A stretch of DNA of 64,000 nt from Chiloscyllium plagiosum (taxonomy: Eukaryota): positions 9,401,306 to 9,465,305 of the forward strand of contig NC_057755.1 of the NCBI RefSeq assembly GCF_004010195.1. The letters are read 5' to 3'. Shown here piece by piece: positions 53,501 through 64,000 of the stretch; the stretch's first letter is position 1; each line of letters begins with the position of its first letter. The position numbers and the translations under genes are program-made. The notes below the pieces were generated by a model, which saw only the letters and a program-made list of their open reading frames with translations, was not told where the DNA came from and did no database searches.

Positions 53501-54129
53501 GTTTTGTATGACCTTTGACTTAGCACTAAATGATTCTAATGTTGCCGACTTATGACATGAATATGGATGGATTTGTTGAATGAGGAAATTGGTTTGTCAT
53601 TTTTACTGAGGACTAGTACACGGATTCAAAATATTGGTGCATATCTCGCTGTGGCCATCCAAAATGACATTAGGGGTAGAAACGACACAATTCCCTCAGC
53701 AATCTTTTCCAATTGTTTCATTCGGTGTGCTTACTTTACTGCTCTTTATCTCTCATGAAAGATATAGAACTGCTCGGGCTATGGTGGGATTTGAACCAAG
53801 GTAGAGCAGGGAACATCATTACTTGTGTGTTTGGATTAATAATCTAACAATAACAACGATGGGCAACTGCTTCTACTCTGAGTTTGAGAAAATATTGTTG
53901 ATGAACTGCAGTCTCTGCATGGTTTATGCATTACAATGGAGAATGCAAATGGAATCTAATGCTTCATTCTCATTTAGCATCACCAGAATAATCGAAGGAA
54001 GGATGTCTTCAATTTTCTTGCCGAGCAGACATCATTGTTTCAAAAGCTCCTATTAACAAGAGTTGGTCACATTGGAAAATCAACAGGTAATCTGAAATTC
54101 GTTACCAGAGTGGATAACAGGACACCAAT

Positions 54130-55466
54130 TACCTGCGAGCTGCATTGGCAACTAAAATATGTCTGGATTAGCGGTGCTGGAAGAGCACAGCAGTTCAGGC
54201 AGCATCCGAGGAGCTCCTCGGATGCTGCCTGAACTGCTGTGCTCTTCCAGCACCACTAATCCAGAATCTGGTTTCCAGCATCTGCAGTCATTGTTTTTAC
54301 CGAACTAAAATATGTCGAATGGTCAAGCTGTTGATTAAGGATATCAAAGAAAAGAGAATCCAAGGAACTAAAATACTGTGTAATCAGGAGAATGCTACTC
54401 TTAATCGCAAAGTAAAACAAAATTCAACTTGATGCGACAACCCGACTGCAAATTATATAATACTTGTTCAGTTTCATATGAATACTAAAACAGTATACTT
54501 ACAGGCAAAGCGGGAAAACGGTGCACATTTTAACTGCAACCGCTGTCCTAACTCTGGAACACTTGCTTTCAGACTCTCACAATACGTGTCAATGAAATCT
54601 GAGCTTTTCAGTTAAACACTTTTGACATTAACAGGCTGACTGATTTCAAGAGCTCTTTTAAATCTGCAAAAAAAAAACATTCGATTAAAAGTGAAGAAGG
54701 AATGTGTAACGTGATGACCGAAAATGTGATGCACAGTTACACCATAGATCATCATCAGAAGAATTTCCATGGCCTCCATGTCGTCAGAATTAAGATCAGA
54801 AAGGTCGCAGTGATGTGGACCAGGCCAGACCCCCACAAAACATTTCAAGAAGGCAACTAAGACTCCGACTTCCCTAATTGTGTTAAGCAAATATACAATG
54901 GGCATTCCAGGAGTGATTTAGCTGGTTTAAAACCCCTCGGCTTTAAACGAAACAGAAATGATTACAAGGAAGCAAACGAAACACAAATAAAAGAGAACAG
55001 ATTACAGAAAAGACTTAACTTTTCTGAAAACCCGACAGACGATTTCAAATTAATGATATGGTTCCAAATGCGTGCAGCAGTCGCCATAATCACGTCCTTC
55101 GTTGAAAGAAAAGGTAAAATCAGACAGACGTTTGACAGGAGAGAGGGATGGCAACGAGATTTAGCATGGAATCTCCATCTGTTTATTTGGATTCCTCAGC
55201 TTAAACTGACCAGCAACTCTCAATAGTCAGAAACTTAAACGCGAAACAAACTGGGGAAAAACTGAACAGGGAGAACTTGCCACGAACCTTTTATTACATA
55301 GTTTTTTTTAAAGAAACTTCTTCAACTAGATTAAACGGACACAACCGAACTCATGACGTTATAGCCCATTTGAAAAGGGGAAATCAAGAACAACATAACC
55401 TTGTTAACGGAGTAGCAGCGTCAGAGTAGCTTCTCCTGGAGAGAATCACAATTGTCACCAGGTTTT
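54130..55466 (-). pseudogene. Degenerate GPCR pseudogene, paralog of 10480-11683, with solo LTR ~54810-55423
   Basis: Acceptor ttgcag|, then ENLVTIVILSRRS; ORF 54612-54905 contains CDLSDLNSDDMEAME.LLMMIYGVTVHHIFGHHVTHSFF. Confidence 0.75.
54164..54302. mobile_element. Penelope-derived fold-back insertion with 14-bp TSD
   Basis: TSD aactaaaatatgtc at 54150-54163 and 54303-54316; palindrome 54162-54265; empty site near 10500. Confidence 0.85.
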
Positions 55467-55764
55467 CTGCAAGTGGAATGAACAACAGCTTTAAATTGTA
55501 ATCTCTTAGATACAAAAAAAATAAAATTTTATTTTGAAATACTCAAAATCTTGATCACTGAGTCTTGGCGACTCACCTCTTCCTTTGAAGATGATTCTGG
55601 AAATTCCTCAATGGCTTTCGTCTTGGCATTCCTTGGGATCATGCCTCCATAACTGGCAATATTTCCCAAGCACTTCAACTGTCAACGTGAATTCTCTTCT
55701 CTTCAAAGTGTGCTGCCAAGTGTACGATGTCATCTTGCCACGACTGGTGAAGGATCACTACAAA

Positions 55765-57163
55765 GCGTCATAGAGATGTACAGCATGCAAATAGACCCTT
55801 CGGTCAAACCCATCCATGCTGACCTGATATCCCATCACAAACAAGTCCCACCTGCCAGCACCCGGCCCATATCCCTCCAAACCCTTCATATTCATATACC
55901 CATGCAAATGCCTTTTAATCGTTGCAATTATACCAGCCTCCACCATTTCCTCTGGCAGCTCATTTCATCCACATGCCACCACTTTCAAGAAGCTATGAAC
56001 TTGCACTCCACGGTCTCTTTGTTCAGTAACAATCCGTAGGACCTTGCCATTAAGAATATAAGTCCTGCTAAGAGTTACTTTCCCAAATTGCAGCAACTCG
56101 CTTTTATCTGAATTAAACTCCATCTGCCATTTCTCAGCTCATTGGCCCATCTGGTCAAGATCCTGTTGTAATTTGAGGTAGCCTTCTTCGCTGTCCACTA
56201 CACCTCCAATTTTGGTGTCATCTGCAAACTTACTAACTGTACCTCTTATGCTCGCAACCAAATCATTTATGTAAATGTCAATAAGTAGAGGACCCATCAC
56301 CGATCCTTGTGGCACTCCACTGGTCACAGGCCTCCAATCTGACAAACAACCATCCACCACCATCCTCTGCCTTCTACGTCTGAGCCAGTTTTGCATCCAA
56401 ATGACAAGTTCTCCATGTATTCTGTGAGATCTAACCTTGCTAACCAGTCTCCCATGGGGAACTATGTTGATCGCTTTGCATCTACTGCTTACATCACATC
56501 TACCGCTCTGCCCTCATCGATTTTCTTTGTTACTTCTTCAAAAAGCTCAGTCAGGTTTGTGAGACCTGATTGCGTACACACAGTGGGAATATCCTTAATC
56601 AGTCCTTACCTGTCCAAATACATGTACATCCTGTCCCTCAGGATTCCCTCCAACACCTTGCCCACCACTAACGTCAGGCTCACTGGTCTATAGTTCTCTG
56701 GCTTGTCCATACAACCCTTCTTAATCAGTGGCACCACGTTAGTCAACATCCTGTCTTCTGGCACCTCACCTGTGACTATCGATGGTACAGATATCTCAGC
56801 AAGAGGCCCAGCAAACACTTCTCCAGCTTCCCACAGAGTTCTAGGTTATACGTGACAGGACTTGGGGATTTATCCACCTTTATCAGTTTCAAGACATTCA
56901 GCACTGTCTCCACTGAAATAGGGGCGTTTTGCAAGTTGTCACTAACTATTTCCTTCCGTTTTATTTCATCCATACCATTTTCCTTATCAAATACTGATGA
57001 AAAATACTTGTTAGGTGTCTCCCCCATCTCCTGCGGCTCCACACAAAGGTCGCCTTGTTGATTTTTGAGGGGCCTTATTCTCTCCCTCGTTATCCTTCTT
57101 TCCTTAATGTATTTATAAAAACCCTTTGGATTCTCCTTCTATCCATTTGCCAAAGCCACGTCA
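55765..57163 (-). mobile_element. CR1 fragment nested in the Gmr1 RT
   Basis: ORFs 56139-56396 (GVPQGS, KFADD) and 56606-56818 (NYRPVSLT). Confidence 0.88.
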
Positions 57164-57544
57164 TCATACAGATAAATTGCACTATTTGTTAATCAGGCCA
57201 CAACTCTGTTGAAGAATCGTTGAAATGTACATTCTCCATTCCAAAAGGCATACATTTGAATTGTTATAGTATATTTGGAGTTACATACAAAAACTTTATT
57301 TTTCACTTTCTTTGATAAAGACACCTGCAATTAATCACGCAGTAAGTCGAACCTTGGGATGTAACTGGCTTGCCCAATTTTCTCGATGCAGTCTTCTATT
57401 GTTGGCATTGCATATGAGTTTAGTTTTGTTATGGTGTTGATTTTCTGATAGTCCACACCCAATGGTTGAGTCCCTTCAGGTTTGGCAACTGTCACAATCA
57501 GCGCACTCTAATCACTCTGATTCAGTTCGATGATATCTTCGATT

Positions 57545-57726
57545 CGCCAGTGCAGTGCTGGAAAAACACAACAGGTTAGGCAGCATCCGAAAAGCGAGAA
57601 AACCGACCTTTCGGGCAAAAGCCCTTCATCATTTTCCTGCTCCTCGCATGATGCATGACCTGCTGTGCTTTTCCAGCACCGCACTCTCGACTCAAACCCA
57701 CAGCATCTGCAGTACTCACTTTCACC
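57545..57726. mobile_element. Penelope-derived fold-back insertion in the Gmr1 RT
   Basis: Inverted arms gtgctggaaaa...ttttccagcac; flanked by cttcgat repeats. Confidence 0.7.
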
Positions 57727-59259
57727 TTCGATGATAGTTTGAGTATTGCATGCACTTCCTTTGTGACTGGTGTAGCTTTGAGAGGATTAAATCAGTAATG
57801 CTGCTGTTTTATTGGAACAGCGTTCCCAACGTCCACATAACGCACAATAGCATTCGCCCTTCCAATCTCTTTTCCTGCATATGTCCTCATTCTGCTGCAG
57901 CAAAGTTTTCAATTGAGTTCTTTTCTCCTGAGAAAGATATTTCACGATCCTATCCCACTCCTCAAGGACTCTCTCATTATTTATCGTGTTCTGAGTAACA
58001 TCAAACACCACGTCATCTAGATTTGATTTCTCATTGTGCAGGGCTTTAAGTCACATCTGTTTTTGTTACTGTAATATTTCAACATAATCACATGGCACAC
58101 ATAGATTTTTTTTCGATGTGGTATCTTTACTAGATAACTTACGTGACTTAAATTTATTTTTCTTCAATTTAATAGGGGCCACTAACCTTGGCTTTAAAGG
58201 GATCGCCTACTATTGGTTATAATACCAATGCTCCATCCCGAGGGGAAACTTCTGAATTCGAGCGTTTTTATCTGTCACTGCTTCATTCTGTGCCCCACTC
58301 TCTTCAAAATCTGTTTGGCTAACTCACATCCCCGATTTAATATCTCCGTCAACTCAAATATATAATCCAAGTGTGAGAACGCCTACTTCAGTCCAGTAAT
58401 GTTTTCATTAATTAATTTCAAAAGCCCTCTCACTTCATGCCGGAATGTTAACTCAAAGGGAATAAAATGAGTCGAATTCGTTAAGGGCATCACTCGTGGC
58501 AAAAAATACAAATGGGATATCGTTATCCCAATCATTTGGGTAATTCTGACAATACGCTTTTGACATGGTCTTCAGGGTCTGATGCCACCATTCCAGTGCA
58601 CCCTGTGAATCCGAATGGTATGCATTTGATTGAAAGTGATGTCTGCGTAAGCTATCCATGACTTCCTTAAACAGCCAAGCAGTAAAATTAGGCCGCTGGT
58701 CTTACTGAATCTCACAGCGTAGCCCATATACTGTGAGAAGAATGCTACTAACTCCTCTGTCACTCGTTTTGCTTTAATACTCCATAATGGAATTACGTCT
58801 GGAAATCTGGTAGATGTATACATTATTGGCAAGTACTGTTTCCCACTTCTAATTTTAGGGAGGGGATTAACACAGTGTATCATAACCCGTGAAAGTTTCT
58901 TCAAACGACGGAATTGGCAAAAACAGTGCAGCTTTTATCACAGTCTGTGGCTTAATTATCGTTTAGCAAGTATGATATATATGCCAAAGTTAAACCACAT
59001 CGTCGTGCAGTCCAGTCGAATAGAAATGCGTGTGTATTTACCCTGAACCATCTGCACACCTCGGTGAAGTCCTATTCGCCATTCATGTGCTATCCGTACT
59101 AATTCATGACTGTCAACTACAGGCAACACAATCTGGAGAACTTCTGCCCATTTCTGGTCTGCACTAACATGCCATGAGCTCCATTTCCATGTTAGAATTC
59201 TATTTTTGAGACAAGAACCGGTAGGAACATGTACTGATCCATTCTCTGAGTATGTACAT

Positions 59260-59333
59260 GTATGTATGCATCCATATATGTAAGTATGTACTTGTGTGTG
59301 TGTCTATATGTAAAGATGGACAGACAGATAGAT

Positions 59334-59372
<39 letters not shown>

Positions 59373-59433
59373 TAGACAGACTGATAGATAGACAGACAGA
59401 TGGATGGACATGCAGACAGACAGACAGGCAGCC

Positions 59434-59482
<49 letters not shown>
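59260..59482 (+). repeat. Compound microsatellite (TATG/GACA/GATA)n
   Basis: Direct reading of tetranucleotide runs. Confidence 0.95.
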
Positions 59483-62400
59483 TGTTACTGTCTCGCCTTT
59501 CTGTTGTAAGTCGAATATACATTCAAGGCTAAACAAGTCGGCTGGGCCCTCTTTCTATTCAGATTGTTCCCACACCATTATATCAAACAGTGTTTGCTAA
59601 CTGAACCTCAACTCCTTCGACTTTCTCTTTACTTTTATTCTTCTTGCGGTGACTTACGATCGTGGGATTCTGTAACCACAGAGCCTGGAGAAACTACAGG
59701 ATATTTTTCTTTTATTTCCTCAGTTGTCTGGACTTTCATTGTCTTCTGCATAACAAGGCGGGTCATTCCCTCCTTCAATCCTGCTAAATCGTTGCCAGGA
59801 AAAAAGAATCTCCAACTGCCACTCTGTCAATCACAGCCACTCTTACTTCTCCAGTCTCCATTTGGCTCTCCAAACCGAACTTACACGGGGGCAAGATAAA
59901 GCTATATCCATTTATTCCACGAATTACCATTCTTTCGTTAACATGTCAGAAAGAATGCAAATACGCTCATCTCTGACTCTTCGAGATTGTTTAGATCCTA
60001 TATCCCTTAACATTATAGTTACTTTCCTTATCCCTCTGTTCTTCCTGAGCATACTTTGTATACAGAGGCAAAATCTTTCAAGCGAGAGGGCACTAACTCA
60101 CTACCGAGCTCATGCCTAGGCCCTGCACTCGTCTGCAGCTTCTCGACTTTCCATGGGGGTTTCTTTACCATTTTCACTAATGCCACTGGCTAAGCATCTT
60201 TTACGATATCTTTTCCCTCGGTTCCCTTCTTCAATGACCAGTACTGTGACTTATGTATCCCGCTTGAACAGAATCAGCTGAGGCCTTTCTCTTTCTTTTC
60301 AATCTCATCGCCTTCTTTTTGCATCTGTGATTAAAAAAAAGTGTGCTCTACTATTTGTTTTGTAGTGTAGGATATCCTCATTTCCTAGTTTCGATAGTGC
60401 ACAGGATGAAAATCTTGCCAGATGCTAAATTTACCTTGTCCACTAATGCATATTAATCTACCATCTCACGTGAAAACTTGTCATCTCTGGAAGTGAGTTC
60501 TTAACCTCCTCCAGCAGAATAATCTCATCTCATACGTCTTATGTATTTTTAAGCATTTCATCCATTTATCAAAATTACTATATTTAATTCTTTCGAAGTT
60601 AAAATAAGTCTGACCTGGGTTCTTCTTAACCTTTCTGAACCGCTGTATATATGCTCTTGGTATCAAATCATAAGCATTCAAAATATCCTGTTTGAAATCT
60701 GCAGATTCTCTTGACCCCATATCTGACAGATGGCAAATACCTCACGAGCGCTGCTTACCAGCTTACATTGAACTAGCATCTCCCACACGTCCTCTGACCA
60801 CTTCATTTGCCTGGCCAATTTCTCAAATAAAATAAAGAAGCCTTTTCATCTTTCTTATAGAAACTTGGCGATGTGTTAACATATTATTAAGCATCACTAT
60901 CTTCCCTCTTCATTTCCATCCTGTTAACTTGACTTTCCTGACTAATTCAAAACTTCGTAAGTTCAAATTATCTATTCCTTTCTCTTCCTTTTTAGTCTCC
61001 CTCTCTCTTTCTTACTCTCTGCTCCTTCGCTCCCTCTTTGTTCAGCCAATAATCTTCCCTCTCTTTCGTTTTCCTCTCTCTCTCTTTCATTTTCCTCTTT
61101 TTCGCTTTCTCTCTCTCTTCTCATGGGTCTGCTTTCACTTTCTATTTTTCGAACTCCATTTGCCTCAATTGCACTTTTAGTTTTTCTAAATCTACTCCAT
61201 TGTCTGTTTATTTGATACACCCAAGTGCTTGACCAACTCTATTACGTTTTCCGCTTTCATTTTGTCCCTAGCTAAACCCAACTCTAATCAGTTTGCTAAT
61301 TCGAGATGTATGTCCTTCCAACACCTTTGTAAACTTTCTTGGCAAATTTGGGTGAAATCTTCCAGACCCAGAAGAATTTTCAACTGCTTTAACAATGTTA
61401 AGAGCCAATTCCCTCACTTTTAATTTAATCAACCACAAGTAACTGAAATTATATAAATTATCTCACTTCCATTTTATTTAAAGTTCTAGCATTCTAATCG
61501 GCAAGTGTTTAAATCTGCTGGGATCTTCCGTAAACCAAATCGGTTCAAAACAGTCTAAATATCAGACTGGATCTGTCGAAACCTGTCCGAATCAACAACA
61601 ATCTCGGAAATGAACCTTCAAACTTTTACAACAAGGTGGTGAACCATTCTGTCAATTAAACCAAACACTTAGAAAAAGCTCACCTCACCTCGTAATCTGT
61701 TAAGGTTTGACGGACAGAAAACTCGGAAATTCCACTATTTAAAGAAAATAATATCAGTTTATTCTTTACATTGAAAAGTGAACACTAAATATAACTGTTC
61801 ACAACTGTAAACCCCCATTGTCCTTCCTGTCCGATTATCTGCCTCTAATTCTATTCTGCTCCAATAAGACAGTTATTAAAATTACATCAACTTAATTTCA
61901 AAACAACACGGTCATCTTCGGAATCCGTCTTGTTATGGCTGAAGAACTCCCTGTGGCGTCATCTTTCTTTTTACTACGAATATGCTTCATATGAAAATGT
62001 ATGTTGGTAGAGTATTTGCTTATTTCTTGGATCTGTGTTGATGGTAGTTACTGTGTCTCCAGTTTTCAAAATGCCTGCATTTTTATATTCACAACATCTG
62101 ATCTTCTCATCGTTTTGATGTTGTCAAAACAATATGTTCATTCACGATTAATGCTCCGTATCCTGCTGTATAATTAAAACTTATTGTTTAAATTTGAATT
62201 GTTGTCAAAACAGTAACCAAATCAGGTATCCAAAACATAACAAAATGTTGCATATTTATATTTTCCATTACATACTGAGACTGCCATGTCATCGTAACAC
62301 ACAGATCTTTTAATCTGTCGGTTCAAAACATCATTCACTATCTCTAAAAGGTGCAGCGTATGTCCTCAACGTCATAACATAATGAACAACAATTTTTAAC

Positions 62401-64000
62401 TGTGATAGCTTAGAAACCAAAAGGAAAATGCCATTTTATTATGAAATACTCAAAGTCATGGCAAATGTAACTTGTGTGCAGTGGTATTTTTAATTTTATA
62501 TATTTTAGAGCGTTGTAATTAGAGTGTCTGAGGTTTGACCTTTTGTAGCATCCTCGAGTTAAGTGCTTTCAACGATGACATGAATAATAATGGTTAAAAG
62601 TAGTTGCCTTCTCAGTAGGTTACATATGTTTTGACATGGAGGCTAACAGCCAAACGTGTATTTCCAACAGAATAGAAATAAAATGTCCAATGTTCATTAA
62701 ACATGATTCCACTGGTTCGTAACTGGACTTCTTAAGTAACCAGTGCCAGATTTTATCAATAACTGATAAAACAAAAACAAAAACAAAAGATATAGCAAAT
62801 TCTTCCCGGAACATTAACTTTAGGAAGGGCCAAGATAAAGAAAAGTCAGATATTCTAACTTTTGCATACTATCTAACTCAATCCTCCATAACTCTCACCT
62901 TATCTCTCAGGCAAAGGGAGACAGACAATTAAATGCAGTTAAACGATAAATCACGTGGAAAAATAATGAGATGTAATTGAAAAGTTTACTTCAACAGTTT
63001 TATGTTCCCTAAAATCACAGGCGCATGGGCATGTACCTTGCTTAGCTTCTCATGATACTGATGCATGTCCAATAAGCTCCAGTCAATATGAATTGGATTC
63101 TAAAAACTGGCAATGTATTCTCTGAACATCCAGAGTATTGGTGGTGAATGGTACAATAATAACTTTTAAAGACTGTCAGGATTGATTTATGAATAGGAAG
63201 GCTTTAGAGGGATATGGGCCAAGTGTTGGCAATTTTTTCTGGAATAATTTGGGATATCTCGTCAGAATTGACGAGGTGGATCGTAGGACCTGTTTCTGTG
63301 TAGTTTATCGCAATGAATCAATGATTGTAAACGTCTGTCCTGAAACTTTCCATCATAAATAGGGCCCCAAAACAAAGCAGACTTACGCCTTTCCCTGCCA
63401 GACAAACTGTCTTTCCACTAGGTCCCAGTTTTCATTCAATATCTGCAATATGCTTCAGCCTATGTCCCATCTGAGCGAAAGGCACGTATATAGAACTTTG
63501 CATGAACAAACTACTTGAAATTAACTCGTAGAGCTCGCCTCAACGAACAATAAGAGCTTATTTAATCTCTCCTTCTTTTAAATAAACAAACCGCCACTCA
63601 TATTCCAACCATTCCCTTCCAGATTGCAGTTCATATGTCCAAACCAAAATGAGATGCAGAGTAAAATAAGGTAATGATAAATTAGCAAGGGTTCCAATAA
63701 AAGACATACGCAACAAAGATCAGGAATGCATTTACTGCGAAATGTTGTTGATTATACAATGAAACTCACAATTTACATTCAGGAATTGTGCACAGGGATT
63801 AGACAGTCATTGGTTGTAATGAGTTCGAATTATTAACACCTCAGTAGTGAAAGTCTTTCAAAATGGATAACAGAGAGCTTGTTTATTAAGTGTAACATGT
63901 AATTTGCATAACTCCAATGCGAACTCAACGCCTTCATATCTCATTCGAGTCTTGATAATGCATCAGATATTACATTACGATCCAAATGGATCGTCTCTGA

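Larger units (their letters stand above)
55560..62380 (-). mobile_element. Gmr1-like Gypsy LTR retrotransposon remnant: LTR-gag(SCAN-like)-PR-IN-RT
   Basis: Gag 60481-60720 (AYDLIPRAYIQRFR); integrase 58453-58904 (CVNPLPK...TRFPDVIPL...SQGALE); RT ~57170-57540 (VAKPEG...VDYQKIN...IEDCIEKIG); putative LTR ~61624-62379. Confidence 0.85.
45799..63900 (+). repeat. Segmental duplication unit, copy 2
   Basis: Direct-orientation paralog of 1-18100 with differential insertions and deletions. Confidence 0.92.

Noticed and set aside
59192-59536. ORFs with SIYL/SVCL repeats
   Set aside because: Translation of a microsatellite.
1-64000. CRISPR arrays, operons or prokaryotic defence systems
   Set aside because: Sequence is eukaryotic with spliceosomal introns; no repeat-spacer array; all RT and nuclease motifs belong to CR1, Penelope or Gypsy elements.

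Overview
Eukaryotic, AT-rich, repeat-dense genomic DNA. The repeat families (CR1 LINEs, HE1-type tRNA-derived SINEs, Penelope-like elements) point to a cartilaginous fish, probably a shark; this is an inference. The window is a head-to-tail, all minus-strand tandem array of two-coding-exon class A GPCR genes resembling the GPR139/GPR142-like family, in birth-and-death evolution. It holds one complete intact gene (exons 50443-50512 and 45553-46472, 329 aa), one open gene running off the left edge (exons 6555-6624 and 1-674), four pseudogenes (~10480-11683, ~25970-31459, 33929-35360, ~54130-55466) and a small TM7 fragment (~43425-43507). Positions 1-~18100 and 45799-~63900 are an old segmental duplicate, so insertions can be polarised as filled or empty sites. 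Other notable items: a Gmr1-type LTR retrotransposon (integrase before RT, SCAN-like gag), Penelope elements with hammerhead-ribozyme-like cores and fold-back insertions, and a CR1 that splits a GPCR exon and carries ~830 bp of foreign sequence with an Ig-like exon. Transposon boundaries are approximate and alignments were done by eye.
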